Source: Gammaproteobacteria bacterium (GTDB lineage: Bacteria > Pseudomonadota > Gammaproteobacteria > GCA-001735895). Taken from it: DNA of 64,000 nt. Shown here piece by piece: positions 1 through 10,348 of this stretch; positions within the stretch are counted from its first letter, which is position 1, and every line of letters begins with the position of its first letter. The stretch lies in the NCBI GenBank assembly GCA_050298595.1, contig JBNKUM010000048.1:1-64000 (forward strand), written 5' to 3'. A program made the translations under genes and the position numbers. Under the pieces are notes generated by a model. The model made no database searches. It was not told the DNA's origin and saw nothing but the letters and a program-made list of their open reading frames with translations.

Positions 1-47
1 CCCTTACAAGGCGAGGGTCGCAGGTTCGATCCCTGCAGCACCCACCA
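1..47 (+). tRNA. tRNA-Val(TAC), 3' portion only (5' end lies before the window)
   Basis: Anticodon loop CTTACAA, T-arm GCAGG-TTCGATC-CCTGC, 3' end CACCCACCA. Confidence 0.9.
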
Positions 48-58
48 GTTTCAAATTA

Positions 59-135
59 GGAGTGGTAGTTCAGTTGGTTAGAATACCGGCCTGTCACGCC
101 GGGGGTCGCGGGTTCGAGTCCCGTCCACTCCGCCA
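59..135 (+). tRNA. tRNA-Asp(GTC)
   Basis: Complete 77-nt cloverleaf GGAGTGG...CCACTCCGCCA, anticodon loop CTGTCAC, TTCGAGT T-loop, encoded CCA. Confidence 0.97.
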
Positions 136-141
136 AACTAT

Positions 142-171
142 AAAGCGCTCCAACAGGAGCGTTTTATTTTT
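142..171 (+). terminator. Intrinsic terminator after the tRNA pair
   Basis: CGCTCC-AACA-GGAGCG hairpin followed by TTTTATTTTT. Confidence 0.75.
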
Positions 172-233
172 AATCTACAGAGCAAGTCATAGCTCTGATA
201 TTATTCCAAACTACACATCATTGATCATACGCC

Positions 234-2141
234 ATGTTACAAAGCATTAGAGATAAAACTTCAGGTTGGATAGCTTATCTGGTCATAGGTCTGATCAGTA
301 TTCCTTTCGCCTTATGGGGCATAAATTCATACTTAGGTGGCGGTGAGCAAAAACCAGCCGCGATCGTTGATGGTGTAGAAATCACTCCACAACAACTTGA
401 TTTTGCTTATGGTCGTTATCGTGAAAGACTGGCTTCTATGTTTGGTGGAAATTTACCAGCGGCATTTGCTGATGAAAATACCTTGAAGGAACAGGTGTTA
501 AATCAACTCATTGAAGAGCAGGTACTGACTGCTTATATAAATGACAAGGGATTTCGTGTAGGGGATGGCAATCTATTCGAAAATATTCGATCTATGTCCG
601 TGTTTCAGCAGGACGGAAAATTTAATAAGGAACAATATAGAAATCAGTTGGCTTCTCAGGGTTACCAGCCTTCTCAATTCGAAGGCGAGTTAAGACGTAG
701 CCTTGAGATGCAGCAATTGAGTCAAGCCTTAAAATCGACTGCTTTTGTGACTCCTGCTCAACGCGAGCTCTACAACCAGATAAACAATCAACAGCGTAAG
801 TTACGCGTGATCAGCATAGAAAATAAACCTGAAGCTATCACCGTTTCTGATCAGGAAGTTGAAGAATACTACAAATCACAATCTGCACTGTTTATGAACC
901 CGGCTAAGGTCAAGGTTGATTTTATTGAGATCAGTGTTGATAGTCTGAAGAATTCGATTGATGTTTCTGAAGATGAAATATTAGCTCGCTACGATTCTTC
1001 TCGTGAGCAACTAACAACTCCTGAAACCAGAGCAGCCAGCCATATTCTTTTAACCGTTAAAAGTGATGCAGATCAAGCTCAGCAAGATGAAGTTAAAAAG
1101 AAAATTGAAGAATTAAAAGCTCGGATCGATCAGGGTGAGGATTTTGCCACTCTTGCTCGTCAATCTTCACAGGACCCAGGTTCTGCCGCCGATGGTGGTG
1201 ATCTTGGCGAAGTAGAAAAAGGAATGATGGTTAAGCCATTTGAAACAACTCTGTTTGCTATGAATGAAGGTGAAGTGAGTGAGCCTGTAAAAACTCAATT
1301 CGGCTGGCATCTGATTAAATTGAAAAAAATCAGTGGTGGGCAAACTAAAACTTTTGATGAAGCACATGATCAGATTAAGCAGGAAATAGCTACAGAGAAA
1401 GCTGAGAGTCAGGTATACGATCTTGCAGAAAGCCTGTCCAATACTGCTTATGAACAACCAGATTCCCTGCAACCAGCAGCTGATCAGTTGGGCTTAAAGA
1501 TCCATACAACTGAATGGTTTACGCGTTCAGCAGGTACAGGCTTTGCTGAAAACGAAAAGGTTCGTCAAGCGGCTTTTTCCGAAGAAGTATTACAGCAAAA
1601 ACGTAATAGCGAGACTATTGAGTTAGGAGATAGTCGAGTAGCAGTCATTCACTTAAACGAATATAAAGAAGCAGAACAACGCCCACTCTCTGAAGTGTAT
1701 GCTCAGATCATGCAGGATCTTAAGGTTAAAAAAGGACGTGAACTGGCACAACAGAAAGGTAAAGAACTGCTTCAGGAAATCAAACAGGGATCGAAGTCTT
1801 TTGATGCTATCGCAACAGAAAATGAGCTAAAGATAAATGATGCAGGGTATGTAAACAGGCAGAGCGATAGCGTTAGCAGTGATGTGTTAAATACCGCTTT
1901 TACTATGCCTCATCCTGAGAATGAAGTTGCACAGCTAGAAGGTGTTTCTGAAGTGAATGGTAATTATAGTATTATTGAACTATCAGCAATCAAGGTTGTA
2001 GAGAGCAACGATGAGCAGCAGTCAAAACAAAAATTTGATAGTTTAGCTCAAAGTTCTGCTGATTTGGCTTACCGTGCGATGATTAAGGCTTTGACAGCTA
2101 AAGCAGATATTATTCGCACTCCGCTAGCTGAATTACAGTAA
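234..2141 (+). CDS. ppiD: Periplasmic chaperone / parvulin PPIase PpiD (SurA N-terminal domain + rotamase)
   Basis: MLQSIRDK start, single N-terminal TM, rotamase motifs ASHIL, SQDPGSAADGGDLG and VKTQFGWHLI; 635 aa; follows tRNA-Val/Asp, as in the conserved hupB-tRNA-ppiD locus. Confidence 0.93.
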   Translation: MLQSIRDKTSGWIAYLVIGLISIPFALWGINSYLGGGEQKPAAIVDGVEITPQQLDFAYGRYRERLASMFGGNLPAAFADENTLKEQVLNQLIEEQVLTAYINDKGFRVGDGNLFENIRSMSVFQQDGKFNKEQYRNQLASQGYQPSQFEGELRRSLEMQQLSQALKSTAFVTPAQRELYNQINNQQRKLRVISIENKPEAITVSDQEVEEYYKSQSALFMNPAKVKVDFIEISVDSLKNSIDVSEDEILARYDSSREQLTTPETRAASHILLTVKSDADQAQQDEVKKKIEELKARIDQGEDFATLARQSSQDPGSAADGGDLGEVEKGMMVKPFETTLFAMNEGEVSEPVKTQFGWHLIKLKKISGGQTKTFDEAHDQIKQEIATEKAESQVYDLAESLSNTAYEQPDSLQPAADQLGLKIHTTEWFTRSAGTGFAENEKVRQAAFSEEVLQQKRNSETIELGDSRVAVIHLNEYKEAEQRPLSEVYAQIMQDLKVKKGRELAQQKGKELLQEIKQGSKSFDAIATENELKINDAGYVNRQSDSVSSDVLNTAFTMPHPENEVAQLEGVSEVNGNYSIIELSAIKVVESNDEQQSKQKFDSLAQSSADLAYRAMIKALTAKADIIRTPLAELQ

Positions 2142-2170
2142 AAGCCTTTACAGCCCGGATTTGCGGGCAA

Positions 2171-2209
2171 AAAAAAGCCAGCTAAGAAGTTTATTATGCT
2201 GGCTTTTTT
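2171..2209. terminator. Bidirectional intrinsic terminator between convergent ppiD and fabI
   Basis: AAAAAAGCCAGC...GCTGGCTTTTTT inverted repeat with A/T tracts on both sides. Confidence 0.75.
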
Positions 2210-2222
2210 GTGGATAACTTAG

Positions 2223-2373
2223 GGAAGTTCAGAATAATTCATTCATGAATGATCAGAGCACGAAAAATGAAAAGTGTGATTTTTGTTTTTCTCACAAAAT
2301 CAATGGCTTGTAGCCATCCATTGTGGCGGCACATCCCTGTGGCGCAGGAACCTCTGAATTAATCAGAGATTTC
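2223..2373. mobile_element. 151-bp IS5-type MITE, copy 1
   Basis: Near-identical to 42974-43124. Imperfect TIRs GGAAGTTCAGAATAATTCA / TGAATTAATCAGAGATTTC, flanked by a TTAG direct repeat (2219-2222 and 2374-2377). Confidence 0.85.
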
Positions 2374-2379
2374 TTAGCG

Positions 2380-3165
2380 TTATTCAAGGACGCCCATACT
2401 GACGATATTGTATCCAGAGTCTACATAGATATTTTCTCCAGTGATACCAGCAGCAAGGTCAGAGCATAAAAATGCGCCGGTATTGCCTACGTCTTCAATC
2501 GTTACATTTCTGCGCAGTGGTGCATTGCGTTCTACCTCATCCAGGATCTTTCTAAAGTTTCCAATGCCTGCTGCAGCCAGTGTTTTAATTGGACCAGCGG
2601 AGATAGAGTTGACTCGTATACCTTCAGGCCCTAATGCAGCGGCCAGGTAGCGAACACTGGCTTCTAGCGCAGCCTTTGCTACACCCATGACGTTATAGTT
2701 GGGTAAAGCTCGATCTGCACCCAGATAGCTCATGGTGATGATCGAGCCATTGGTGCCCTGCATCATCGGACGAGCCGCTTTTGCCATCGCGCTCAGGCTG
2801 TAGACACTGATGTCGTGCGCCAGGCGAAACCCTTCTCGATCCAGATTCTCGAGATAGTCGCCCGAAAGCGCTTCGCGTGGAGCAAAGGCGATTGAGTGAA
2901 CCAGTGAATCAAGTTGATCCCAGTGTTTATTAAGATCAGTAAAAAGCTGCGTGATGTCTTCATCGATAGAAACATCACATGGTAGTACGATATCGGATTC
3001 AAATTCCTCGGCAAATTTTTCTACGCGGGATTTCAGTTTATCGTTAGGGTAGCTAAACGCCAGCTCGGCACCTTCACGATGCATAGCTTTAGCTATACCA
3101 TAGGCGATAGAGCGGTTACTGGCGATACCCGCAATCAGTATTTTTTTTCCGGTTAAAAAACCCAT
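2380..3165 (-). CDS. fabI: Enoyl-ACP reductase FabI
   Basis: [25 protein letters not shown], catalytic [12 protein letters not shown], and AGPIKTLAA motifs. Confidence 0.97.
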   Translation of the reverse strand: MGFLTGKKILIAGIASNRSIAYGIAKAMHREGAELAFSYPNDKLKSRVEKFAEEFESDIVLPCDVSIDEDITQLFTDLNKHWDQLDSLVHSIAFAPREALSGDYLENLDREGFRLAHDISVYSLSAMAKAARPMMQGTNGSIITMSYLGADRALPNYNVMGVAKAALEASVRYLAAALGPEGIRVNSISAGPIKTLAAAGIGNFRKILDEVERNAPLRRNVTIEDVGNTGAFLCSDLAAGITGENIYVDSGYNIVSMGVLE

Positions 3166-3371
3166 TAGATTCTCTTTACTGTTATTTGAGTGTATGAATT
3201 TTATAGTGTCGACAAAAATGCGACAATGTATTTTTACCCCAGCTGTTTTTGGTGTTTTATTTCATGGAAAAGGCCTGTATTGTCTGGATGTGCCTTATGA
3301 TGCTGAAATTATTGAATAAAATATATGTTCTGTGTCAGTATGAGCTTCTTAATCATTACAAAGAAGGCGCA

Positions 3372-5156
3372 ATGGGTTTGCTTCGAATTATATGTCTTTT
3401 GGTTTTTTTTACAGTGTATACACCTGTATACGCTGCATTGTCCCAGGCCATGGGTTATTCGCCCAAATACGCTGATGGATTCGAATATTTTGATTACGTC
3501 AATCCTCACGCTCCCAAAGGCGGTTCGTTGGTACTTTCAGCATTTGGAGCCTTCGATAGCTTAAACCCTTATACCTTGAAAGGAGTCAGTGCTGCTGGCT
3601 TAACTCAATTGATGTTTGAGACCCTGATGGTTTCAAGTCTAGATGAGCCCTTTAGTCAATACGGATTACTGGCTGAGAATGTGGAACTCTCCTCTGATCA
3701 ATTGTCGGTAACCTATACCCTACGTGATAACGCAAGATTCAGTAATGGTGATCCTGTCACCGCTGCAGATGTGAAGTTTTCTTTCGACACTCTTAAAAGC
3801 GAATTAGCCCACCCTCAGTACCGCATCTATTGGGCTGATATAAAAGAAGCTAAAGTTATTGATTCCAAAACAGTTCGTTTTAACTTTGCCAGGGTAAATC
3901 CTGAATTGCATATGATTGCAGGGCAGATACCTGTTTTTTCACGCAAATGGGTGGGTGATACTCCATTCAACAAGCTTTCACTCAAAGATCCTGTAACCAG
4001 CGGCCCTTATCTGATTAAAAAGTACGACATAGGTAAAACGATAACCTTTCGTAAAAATCCGGATTACTGGGCGAGAGATTTAAATGTGCGCCGAGGTCTG
4101 TTTAATTTTGATGAGGTGACTTTTAAATACTATCGTGACTTCACGGTTTTACTGGAAGCATTCAAGGCCGGAGAGTTTGATTTTAATGTTGAATACAATT
4201 CGAAGAGATGGGCACGTGATTATACCGGGGGCCATTTCAAAAGTGGTGATATCGTAAAGACAGAGTTACCACATAATAACAATGCCGGCATGCAGGGTTT
4301 TGTATTTAATTTACGTAAACCACTATTCCAGGATAAGCGAGTAAGAAAAGCAATTTCCTATGCACTGGATTTTGACTGGTCGAACCGTAAGCTTTTTTAT
4401 AATCAGTATGATCGTTGTTACAGTTATTTTAGCAATAGTGAGCTGGCATCATCGGGAATACCCGAAGGGGATGAGCTTGAGTTGCTTCGGCCTTATCGGG
4501 ATCAACTGGATGAGGATCTGTTCACGAAGGAATGGCAACCCCCTTCTACCAAAGCACCTTCTTCGTTGCGCAGTAATCTACGTTACGCACGCAAACTTTT
4601 GACAGAAGCAGGTTGGGTTTTGAAACAGGGAAAACTGGTTAATAGCAAAGGTGAAACACTTAAATTTGATGTCATGTTGTCGCAGAAAGGCCTTGAACGC
4701 ATATTGGCACCTTTTGCTCGTAACCTTAATAAGCTGGGTATAGATGTGGACTACCGAACCGTGGATACGGCGCTTTATAAGAGCCGACTGGATAATTTTG
4801 AATTTGATATGGTGGTCGCCAGTTTTTCCCAGAGTCAGTCACCGGGTAATGAACAGATTAATATGTTTCACTCAACATCGGCAGATAAGGAAGGCACCAG
4901 GAATTTGATGGGCATCAAAGACCCTGTGGTAGATGCCATGATCGATAAGGTGGTCTATGCAAAAAACCGGAAACAGTTGGTGACTGCAGTTCATGCCCTT
5001 GATCGTGTTTTGCTACATGGATACTATCTGATACCCCAGTGGTATATAGGTCATCATAGGGTGGCTTACTGGGACAAGTTTGGCAAGCCAGAGAAGCTAC
5101 CACTTTATTACGATGCAGAGAGCTGGATGTTACATACCTGGTGGGAAAAAGAATAG
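3372..5156 (+). CDS. yejA: Peptide/microcin-C ABC transporter substrate-binding protein (YejA family); start reassigned to ATG 3372
   Basis: Signal peptide, FDYVNPHAPKGG, FDSLNPY and YGLLAE motifs; first gene of a yejABEF-like operon. Confidence 0.88.
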   Translation: MGLLRIICLLVFFTVYTPVYAALSQAMGYSPKYADGFEYFDYVNPHAPKGGSLVLSAFGAFDSLNPYTLKGVSAAGLTQLMFETLMVSSLDEPFSQYGLLAENVELSSDQLSVTYTLRDNARFSNGDPVTAADVKFSFDTLKSELAHPQYRIYWADIKEAKVIDSKTVRFNFARVNPELHMIAGQIPVFSRKWVGDTPFNKLSLKDPVTSGPYLIKKYDIGKTITFRKNPDYWARDLNVRRGLFNFDEVTFKYYRDFTVLLEAFKAGEFDFNVEYNSKRWARDYTGGHFKSGDIVKTELPHNNNAGMQGFVFNLRKPLFQDKRVRKAISYALDFDWSNRKLFYNQYDRCYSYFSNSELASSGIPEGDELELLRPYRDQLDEDLFTKEWQPPSTKAPSSLRSNLRYARKLLTEAGWVLKQGKLVNSKGETLKFDVMLSQKGLERILAPFARNLNKLGIDVDYRTVDTALYKSRLDNFEFDMVVASFSQSQSPGNEQINMFHSTSADKEGTRNLMGIKDPVVDAMIDKVVYAKNRKQLVTAVHALDRVLLHGYYLIPQWYIGHHRVAYWDKFGKPEKLPLYYDAESWMLHTWWEKE

Positions 5157-5166
5157 ATTATTCTAA

Positions 5167-6225
5167 ATGGCTGTATACATATTAAAAAGAATATTATTAA
5201 TGATCCCAACTCTGTTTGGAGTCATGCTTATTACGTTTCTGGTGACTCAGTTTGTGCCAGGAGGGCCAGTAGAACAACTGATATCTCAATTGCAGAATCA
5301 GGGGGCTCAGGGGCAGGAGGCCAGCAGTGGAGTCGCTGGACTTTATCGAGGTGCCAAAGGGCTTGATGAAGAGCGTATTGCAGAATTAAGGGCTTTATAT
5401 GGATTTGATAAACCGGCTTATCAGCGCTTTATCGAAATGATTATAAACTATGCTACCTTTGACTTTGGGGAAAGTCATTTCCACCAGAAATCGGTCATCG
5501 ACTTGATCGTATCCAAGTTGCCAGTCTCTATCAGTATAGGTGTGTGGACTTTTTTCATCACCTATCTAACCTGTATACCACTGGGTATTAAAAAAGCGGT
5601 GACCGATGGTTCACGCTTTGATGTAGTCACCAGCACGCTTATTCTGATTGGATATGCCATTCCCGGTTTTGTACTCGGTATCTTGTTACTGGTTCTGTTT
5701 GGTGGTGGTAGCTTCTGGGATGTTTTCCCGCTCAGAGGGCTGGTATCGGATAACTGGGATCAATTGCCCTGGTATCAACAGATTCTGGATTATCTCTGGC
5801 ATATGGTATTACCGATTACTGCTTCAGTGATTGGTAGTTTTGCAGTGATGACTATGCTAACCAAGAACAGCTTTATCGAAGAAATTCGTAAACAATATGT
5901 CCTGACTGCACGCGCAAAGGGTGTTCCTGAATCCATGGTGTTATATAAACATATTTTTCGAAATGCCGTGATACCACTGGTTACCGGATTTCCAGCTGCC
6001 TTTATCTCAGCTTTTTTTGCTGGAAGTTTATTGATCGAGCAGATCTTCTCACTTGATGGTCTTGGTCTGCTAGCCTATGAGTCCGTGATACAGCGCGATT
6101 ATCCAGTAGTAATGGGGTCACTTTATATGTTCACTATACTGGGTTTGATTGCCAAGTTGATCACGGATATCAGCTATGTGCTGATTGACCCCCGCATACA
6201 GTTTGATTCGTTAGATAACCGTTAA
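5167..6225 (+). CDS. yejB: ABC transporter permease YejB
   Basis: YILKRILLMIPTLFG...FVPGGPVEQ and the EAA-type motif YVLTARAKG. Confidence 0.9.
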   Translation: MAVYILKRILLMIPTLFGVMLITFLVTQFVPGGPVEQLISQLQNQGAQGQEASSGVAGLYRGAKGLDEERIAELRALYGFDKPAYQRFIEMIINYATFDFGESHFHQKSVIDLIVSKLPVSISIGVWTFFITYLTCIPLGIKKAVTDGSRFDVVTSTLILIGYAIPGFVLGILLLVLFGGGSFWDVFPLRGLVSDNWDQLPWYQQILDYLWHMVLPITASVIGSFAVMTMLTKNSFIEEIRKQYVLTARAKGVPESMVLYKHIFRNAVIPLVTGFPAAFISAFFAGSLLIEQIFSLDGLGLLAYESVIQRDYPVVMGSLYMFTILGLIAKLITDISYVLIDPRIQFDSLDNR

Positions 6226-7259
6226 TGAAAGTTACCGCCTACCAGCAAACCGCGTTTAGCAGGGCGTGGCAAAGATTCAAACGTAATCGCCGTGGTTATT
6301 TCAGTTTATGGATTTTTCTTTTCCTTTTTGGTATTAGCCTGTTTGCTGAATTACTTTCTAATAATGCCCCACTAGTGGTCAAGTTTCAGGGTGAGTTTTA
6401 TTACCCATTATTCAAGACCTATCCTGAAATCACCTTTGGTGGTGATTTTTATACTGAGGCTGATTACCTTGATCCTTTTATAAGAGAGCAATTTTCCAGG
6501 GAAGGCAATTGGGCAATTTATCCAATTAATCCTTACAGTTACGACACCATTAATTATTTTTCTGAAGCAGCAAATCCTGCACCGCCCTCTGATGAAAACT
6601 TTCTTGGTACCGATGACAGGGGACGTGATGTTCTGGCGCGACTGATCTATGGTTTTAGAATCTCGGTGATATTTGCACTATTTTTAACGGTTATTGGTAC
6701 CTTACTGGGTATTCTTGCCGGGGCTATACAGGGGTATTTTGGTGGACGGGTGGATCTTGTTTCACAGCGCTTGATTGAGGTCTGGAGTTCAATGCCAGAG
6801 CTGTATCTATTAATTATTTTTGCTTCAATTTTCAATCCCAGTCTATTGTTATTGATCGTGCTACTTAGCCTGTTTGGCTGGATGGGGCTGGCAGATTATG
6901 TGCGGGCTGAATTTTTACGTGGAAGAAATCTTGATTACGTAACCGCAGCGAGAGCCCTGGGTGTGGCCAATCCGGCAATTATGTGGAGGCACCTGTTGCC
7001 TAATGCAATGACACCCGTTATTTCATTCTTACCCTTTCGTATTAGTGGTGCCATTCTGGCATTGACCAGTCTGGATTACCTTGGGCTTGGTGTACCACCT
7101 TCCACGCCCAGCCTGGGAGAGTTGCTCTCACAGGGTAAGGATAATATCGATGCCTGGTGGCTTTCAATGACTACTTTTGGCGTTCTGGTCGGTACCTTAA
7201 TCCTGCTGATTTTTATTGGTGAAGCATTGCGAGAGGCATTTGATACGCGTCGTGGATAA
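6225..7259 (+). CDS. yejE: ABC transporter permease YejE
   Basis: RFKRNRRGYFSLWIF, LGTDDRGRDVLARLIYGFRIS and GEALREAFD motifs; TAATG coupling with yejB. Confidence 0.9.
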   Translation: MKVTAYQQTAFSRAWQRFKRNRRGYFSLWIFLFLFGISLFAELLSNNAPLVVKFQGEFYYPLFKTYPEITFGGDFYTEADYLDPFIREQFSREGNWAIYPINPYSYDTINYFSEAANPAPPSDENFLGTDDRGRDVLARLIYGFRISVIFALFLTVIGTLLGILAGAIQGYFGGRVDLVSQRLIEVWSSMPELYLLIIFASIFNPSLLLLIVLLSLFGWMGLADYVRAEFLRGRNLDYVTAARALGVANPAIMWRHLLPNAMTPVISFLPFRISGAILALTSLDYLGLGVPPSTPSLGELLSQGKDNIDAWWLSMTTFGVLVGTLILLIFIGEALREAFDTRRG

Positions 7260-8859
7260 GTTACTCTCTATACAGGATCTATCAGTAGGCTTTGGGCTAG
7301 ATGATGAATTTGGTACCGTAGTCGAGCAGGCCAGTTTTGATATTTATCATGGTCAAAAGCTGGCACTGGTGGGCGAATCTGGTTCAGGAAAATCGGTCAC
7401 AGCGCTATCTATACTACGTTTACATGATCCTGTGTTTACACGCTATCAGAGTGGAAAAATTATTTATCAGAATCAGGATTTGCTCAAGCTGCCTTTGCCA
7501 CAGATTGAACAAATCAGAGGTCGTGATATTGCTATGATTTTTCAGGAACCCATGACCGCCATGAATCCACTGTATACGATTGGCAATCAGCTTGCAGAAT
7601 CATTGTTATTGCATGAAAAACTGAACCGAGCAGCGGTTAAGGTTAAGGTGATTGATTTGCTTGATAAGGTTGGCATTCAGGAACCGCAAAAACGTGTTGA
7701 TGCTTATCCTCATATGCTCTCAGGAGGCCAGCGTCAACGCGTAATGATAGCAATGGCTTTGGCCTGTAACCCCAGGCTTTTGATTGCCGATGAGCCTACC
7801 ACGGCACTGGATGTTACTATTCAAAAGCAGATCCTTGAATTACTGGATTCATTACAGGCTGAATTCAATATGTCGGTATTGCTAATCTCTCATGATCTGA
7901 ATCTTGTGCATCACTTTGCTGATTATGTCTGCGTAATGGAGCAAGGCCATATTGTAGAGCAGGGTGATACTAAGCGCGTATTCAGTGATCCGCAGCATGC
8001 TTACACACAGAAACTGCTGGCGAGCGAACCTGAACCTTTGTTTGATCAAAGTGAGGCAGCAGCGCTAAAGAAAAAGCCCGCTGTATTAACAGGGAAAAAG
8101 ATTAACTGCCATTTTCCTGTTAAGGCTGGCTTTTTTCGTCGTACGGTTGATGAGATAAGAGCGGTTAATGATGTGGATCTCGAACTTTATCCTGCTGAAA
8201 CCGTTGGTATTGTTGGAGAATCCGGTTCTGGTAAAACTACTCTGGGAATGAGTCTGTTAAGGCTCTATCACGCGGAAGGTGATATCGAATTTGATGGCAA
8301 TCGCATTGATCAACTGGCAGAACGTGATGTGCGTCCATTTCGCCGTCAGATGCAGATGGTATTTCAGGATCCTTTCTCATCACTGTCACCGCGTATGAAT
8401 ATTGAACAGATTATCAGTGAAGGCCTGAAATTACACTTTCCAGAGTTATCCAGGGAGCAGCGTCTGCAACGGGTGATTGACGTACTCAATGAAGTCGATA
8501 TGGATGGCGATATGATCCATAGATATCCACATGAGTTTTCAGGTGGTCAAAGGCAGCGTATAGCAGTTGCGCGTGCAATAGTACTCGAGCCGAAACTGAT
8601 ATTGCTGGATGAACCAACCAGCGCTTTGGATATTTCTGTACAAAAGCAGGTTCTTCAACTATTACGTGATTTACAGATTAAGCACAGGATGAGCTACCTT
8701 TTTATTTCCCATGACCTGAAGGTAGTGCGTTCAATTGCACATAGAGTTATGGTTATGAAGGATGGCTATGTTGTGGAACAGGGGAGTGCTGAAGCAGTGT
8801 TCGATCATCCGCAGCATCAATACACTCAGAGGCTTTTGCAGGCATCGTTATTTAAGTAG
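7252..8859 (+). CDS. yejF: Fused double ABC ATPase YejF (start probably GTG 7252)
   Basis: Two Walker A motifs (GESGSGKS, GESGSGKT) and two signature motifs (LSGGQRQR, FSGGQRQR). Confidence 0.9.
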   Translation: MDKLLSIQDLSVGFGLDDEFGTVVEQASFDIYHGQKLALVGESGSGKSVTALSILRLHDPVFTRYQSGKIIYQNQDLLKLPLPQIEQIRGRDIAMIFQEPMTAMNPLYTIGNQLAESLLLHEKLNRAAVKVKVIDLLDKVGIQEPQKRVDAYPHMLSGGQRQRVMIAMALACNPRLLIADEPTTALDVTIQKQILELLDSLQAEFNMSVLLISHDLNLVHHFADYVCVMEQGHIVEQGDTKRVFSDPQHAYTQKLLASEPEPLFDQSEAAALKKKPAVLTGKKINCHFPVKAGFFRRTVDEIRAVNDVDLELYPAETVGIVGESGSGKTTLGMSLLRLYHAEGDIEFDGNRIDQLAERDVRPFRRQMQMVFQDPFSSLSPRMNIEQIISEGLKLHFPELSREQRLQRVIDVLNEVDMDGDMIHRYPHEFSGGQRQRIAVARAIVLEPKLILLDEPTSALDISVQKQVLQLLRDLQIKHRMSYLFISHDLKVVRSIAHRVMVMKDGYVVEQGSAEAVFDHPQHQYTQRLLQASLFK

Positions 8860-8872
8860 AAATAAGATAAAT

Positions 8873-10111
8873 ATGATTTTTTCAGACTTTGGGCAGAGAT
8901 TTAACCGGTTTTCAGGAATAACTCTGTTGATGGAGGACCTCAATGAGGGCCTGCAACAAGATGATGTTGTAATGCTTGGAGGTGGTAATCCTGCAGCAAT
9001 TCCTGAAGTCCTTGAGTATATACAACAGTCTTTGGCCAATTTACTTGAAAGTAAAGAGCTGACTAAAGCCCTGGCTAATTATGACGCGCCGCAAGGAAAA
9101 CATGCCTTTTTAGATTCACTAGCTGAATATTTTAATGATCGTTATCAATGGGGCATCACTCGAAATAATATTGCGCTTACCCATGGCAGCCAATCGGCTT
9201 TTTTTTCATTGTTTAATAGTTTTGGGGGACGTTGCGGAAACACCCAAAAACATATTCTATTACCCATCACTCCGGAATATATCGGATATACCGACCTGGG
9301 GTTAGAAGATGGCTTATTCGTTAGTCAGAATCCAGAGATTGAATTACTAACGGATCAGTTTTTTAAATACCATATCAATTTTAACCAGCTGGAAATTACC
9401 AAAGATACAGGATTAATCTGCGTATCTCGGCCAACCAATCCGAGCGGGAATGTGTTAACTGATGAAGAATGTCTACATCTGGATCAGCTTGCTCAGGATA
9501 ACGATGTACCTTTATTGGTAGATAATGCTTACGGCACTCCTTTTCCACATATCATCTTTAATCAGGTGCAGCCCTTCTGGAATGAAAATACCATTATTTG
9601 CCTGAGCCTCTCAAAATTGGGTTTACCTGGTGTACGTACGGGTATTGTGATTGCTAATGAACGGGTGATTAAGCTGATATCCAATATAAACGCGATAACC
9701 AGTCTGGCACCGAGTGGCATAGGTCCGACCCTGGTGAATGAGTTGCTCAGAAAGAATGAGTTAACACGCCTGTCGGATGAAGTGATTAAGCCGTTTTACC
9801 AGAAACGGTGTGAGCTGGCCGTTGAATGGTTGAAACAGGCGGTGGATGACCCACGATTGCACATTCATTTGCCGGAAGGCGCCATATTCTTATGGTTATG
9901 GTTTGAGGGATTATCGATATCTACCAGTGAATTATATGAAAAACTTAAACAGCAGGGTTTGCTGGTAGTACCGGGTAAGTATTTTTTTCCTGGCCAGGAT
10001 GTTGCTAGTGAACATGCCGAAAGTTGTATCAGAATGAACTATGTACAGAGCGAAGAGGATATTCGTAAGGGCATAGCTATACTGGCCAGTACCTTGAAGC
10101 AGTATTGGTAG
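8873..10111 (+). CDS. avtA: Valine-pyruvate aminotransferase AvtA (start reassigned to ATG 8873)
   Basis: MIFSDFGQRF...SGITLLMEDL, MLGGGNPA, SRPTNPSGN, DNAYG and PLP lysine motif SLSKLGLPGVR. Confidence 0.92.
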   Translation: MIFSDFGQRFNRFSGITLLMEDLNEGLQQDDVVMLGGGNPAAIPEVLEYIQQSLANLLESKELTKALANYDAPQGKHAFLDSLAEYFNDRYQWGITRNNIALTHGSQSAFFSLFNSFGGRCGNTQKHILLPITPEYIGYTDLGLEDGLFVSQNPEIELLTDQFFKYHINFNQLEITKDTGLICVSRPTNPSGNVLTDEECLHLDQLAQDNDVPLLVDNAYGTPFPHIIFNQVQPFWNENTIICLSLSKLGLPGVRTGIVIANERVIKLISNINAITSLAPSGIGPTLVNELLRKNELTRLSDEVIKPFYQKRCELAVEWLKQAVDDPRLHIHLPEGAIFLWLWFEGLSISTSELYEKLKQQGLLVVPGKYFFPGQDVASEHAESCIRMNYVQSEEDIRKGIAILASTLKQYW

Positions 10112-10112
10112 A

Positions 10113-10156
10113 TGAGTGGTGACAGATGGTATTTCCACCTGTCACTCAGTTTTTTT
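10113..10156 (+). terminator. Intrinsic terminator after avtA
   Basis: GTGACAGATGG / CCACCTGTCAC stem followed by a T7 tract. Confidence 0.7.
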
Positions 10157-10159
10157 GTG

Positions 10160-10288
10160 CTATTCTTCTTTTCCAGATTTTGCGATAAACATGATGCCAA
10201 AATAGATTGGCACAGCTAATGTCAAAACGATTACAACAAGAGAAGTAATTCCTATAGCATCGCCAAATAAGTCTTTAAAAACTTCCAT
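10160..10288 (-). CDS. 42-aa single-pass membrane protein, DUF3149-like (below the ORF-track cutoff)
   Basis: Manual translation MEVFKDLFGDAIGITSLVVIVLTLAVPIYFGIMFIAKSGKEE*. The DLFG-x-IG-x-SL start, hydrophobic core and charged tail resemble DUF3149. GGTG RBS-like sequence upstream. Confidence 0.75.
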   Translation of the reverse strand: MEVFKDLFGDAIGITSLVVIVLTLAVPIYFGIMFIAKSGKEE

Positions 10289-10348
10289 AGATCACCCAAA
10301 GTAGTTATGTAAACAACCGGATATTATGTCTGATAGGAAGAGGAGACA

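Noticed and set aside
62-250. 62-aa ORF MVVQLVRIPACHAGGRGFES...
   Set aside because: It is a translation of tRNA-Asp and its terminator.
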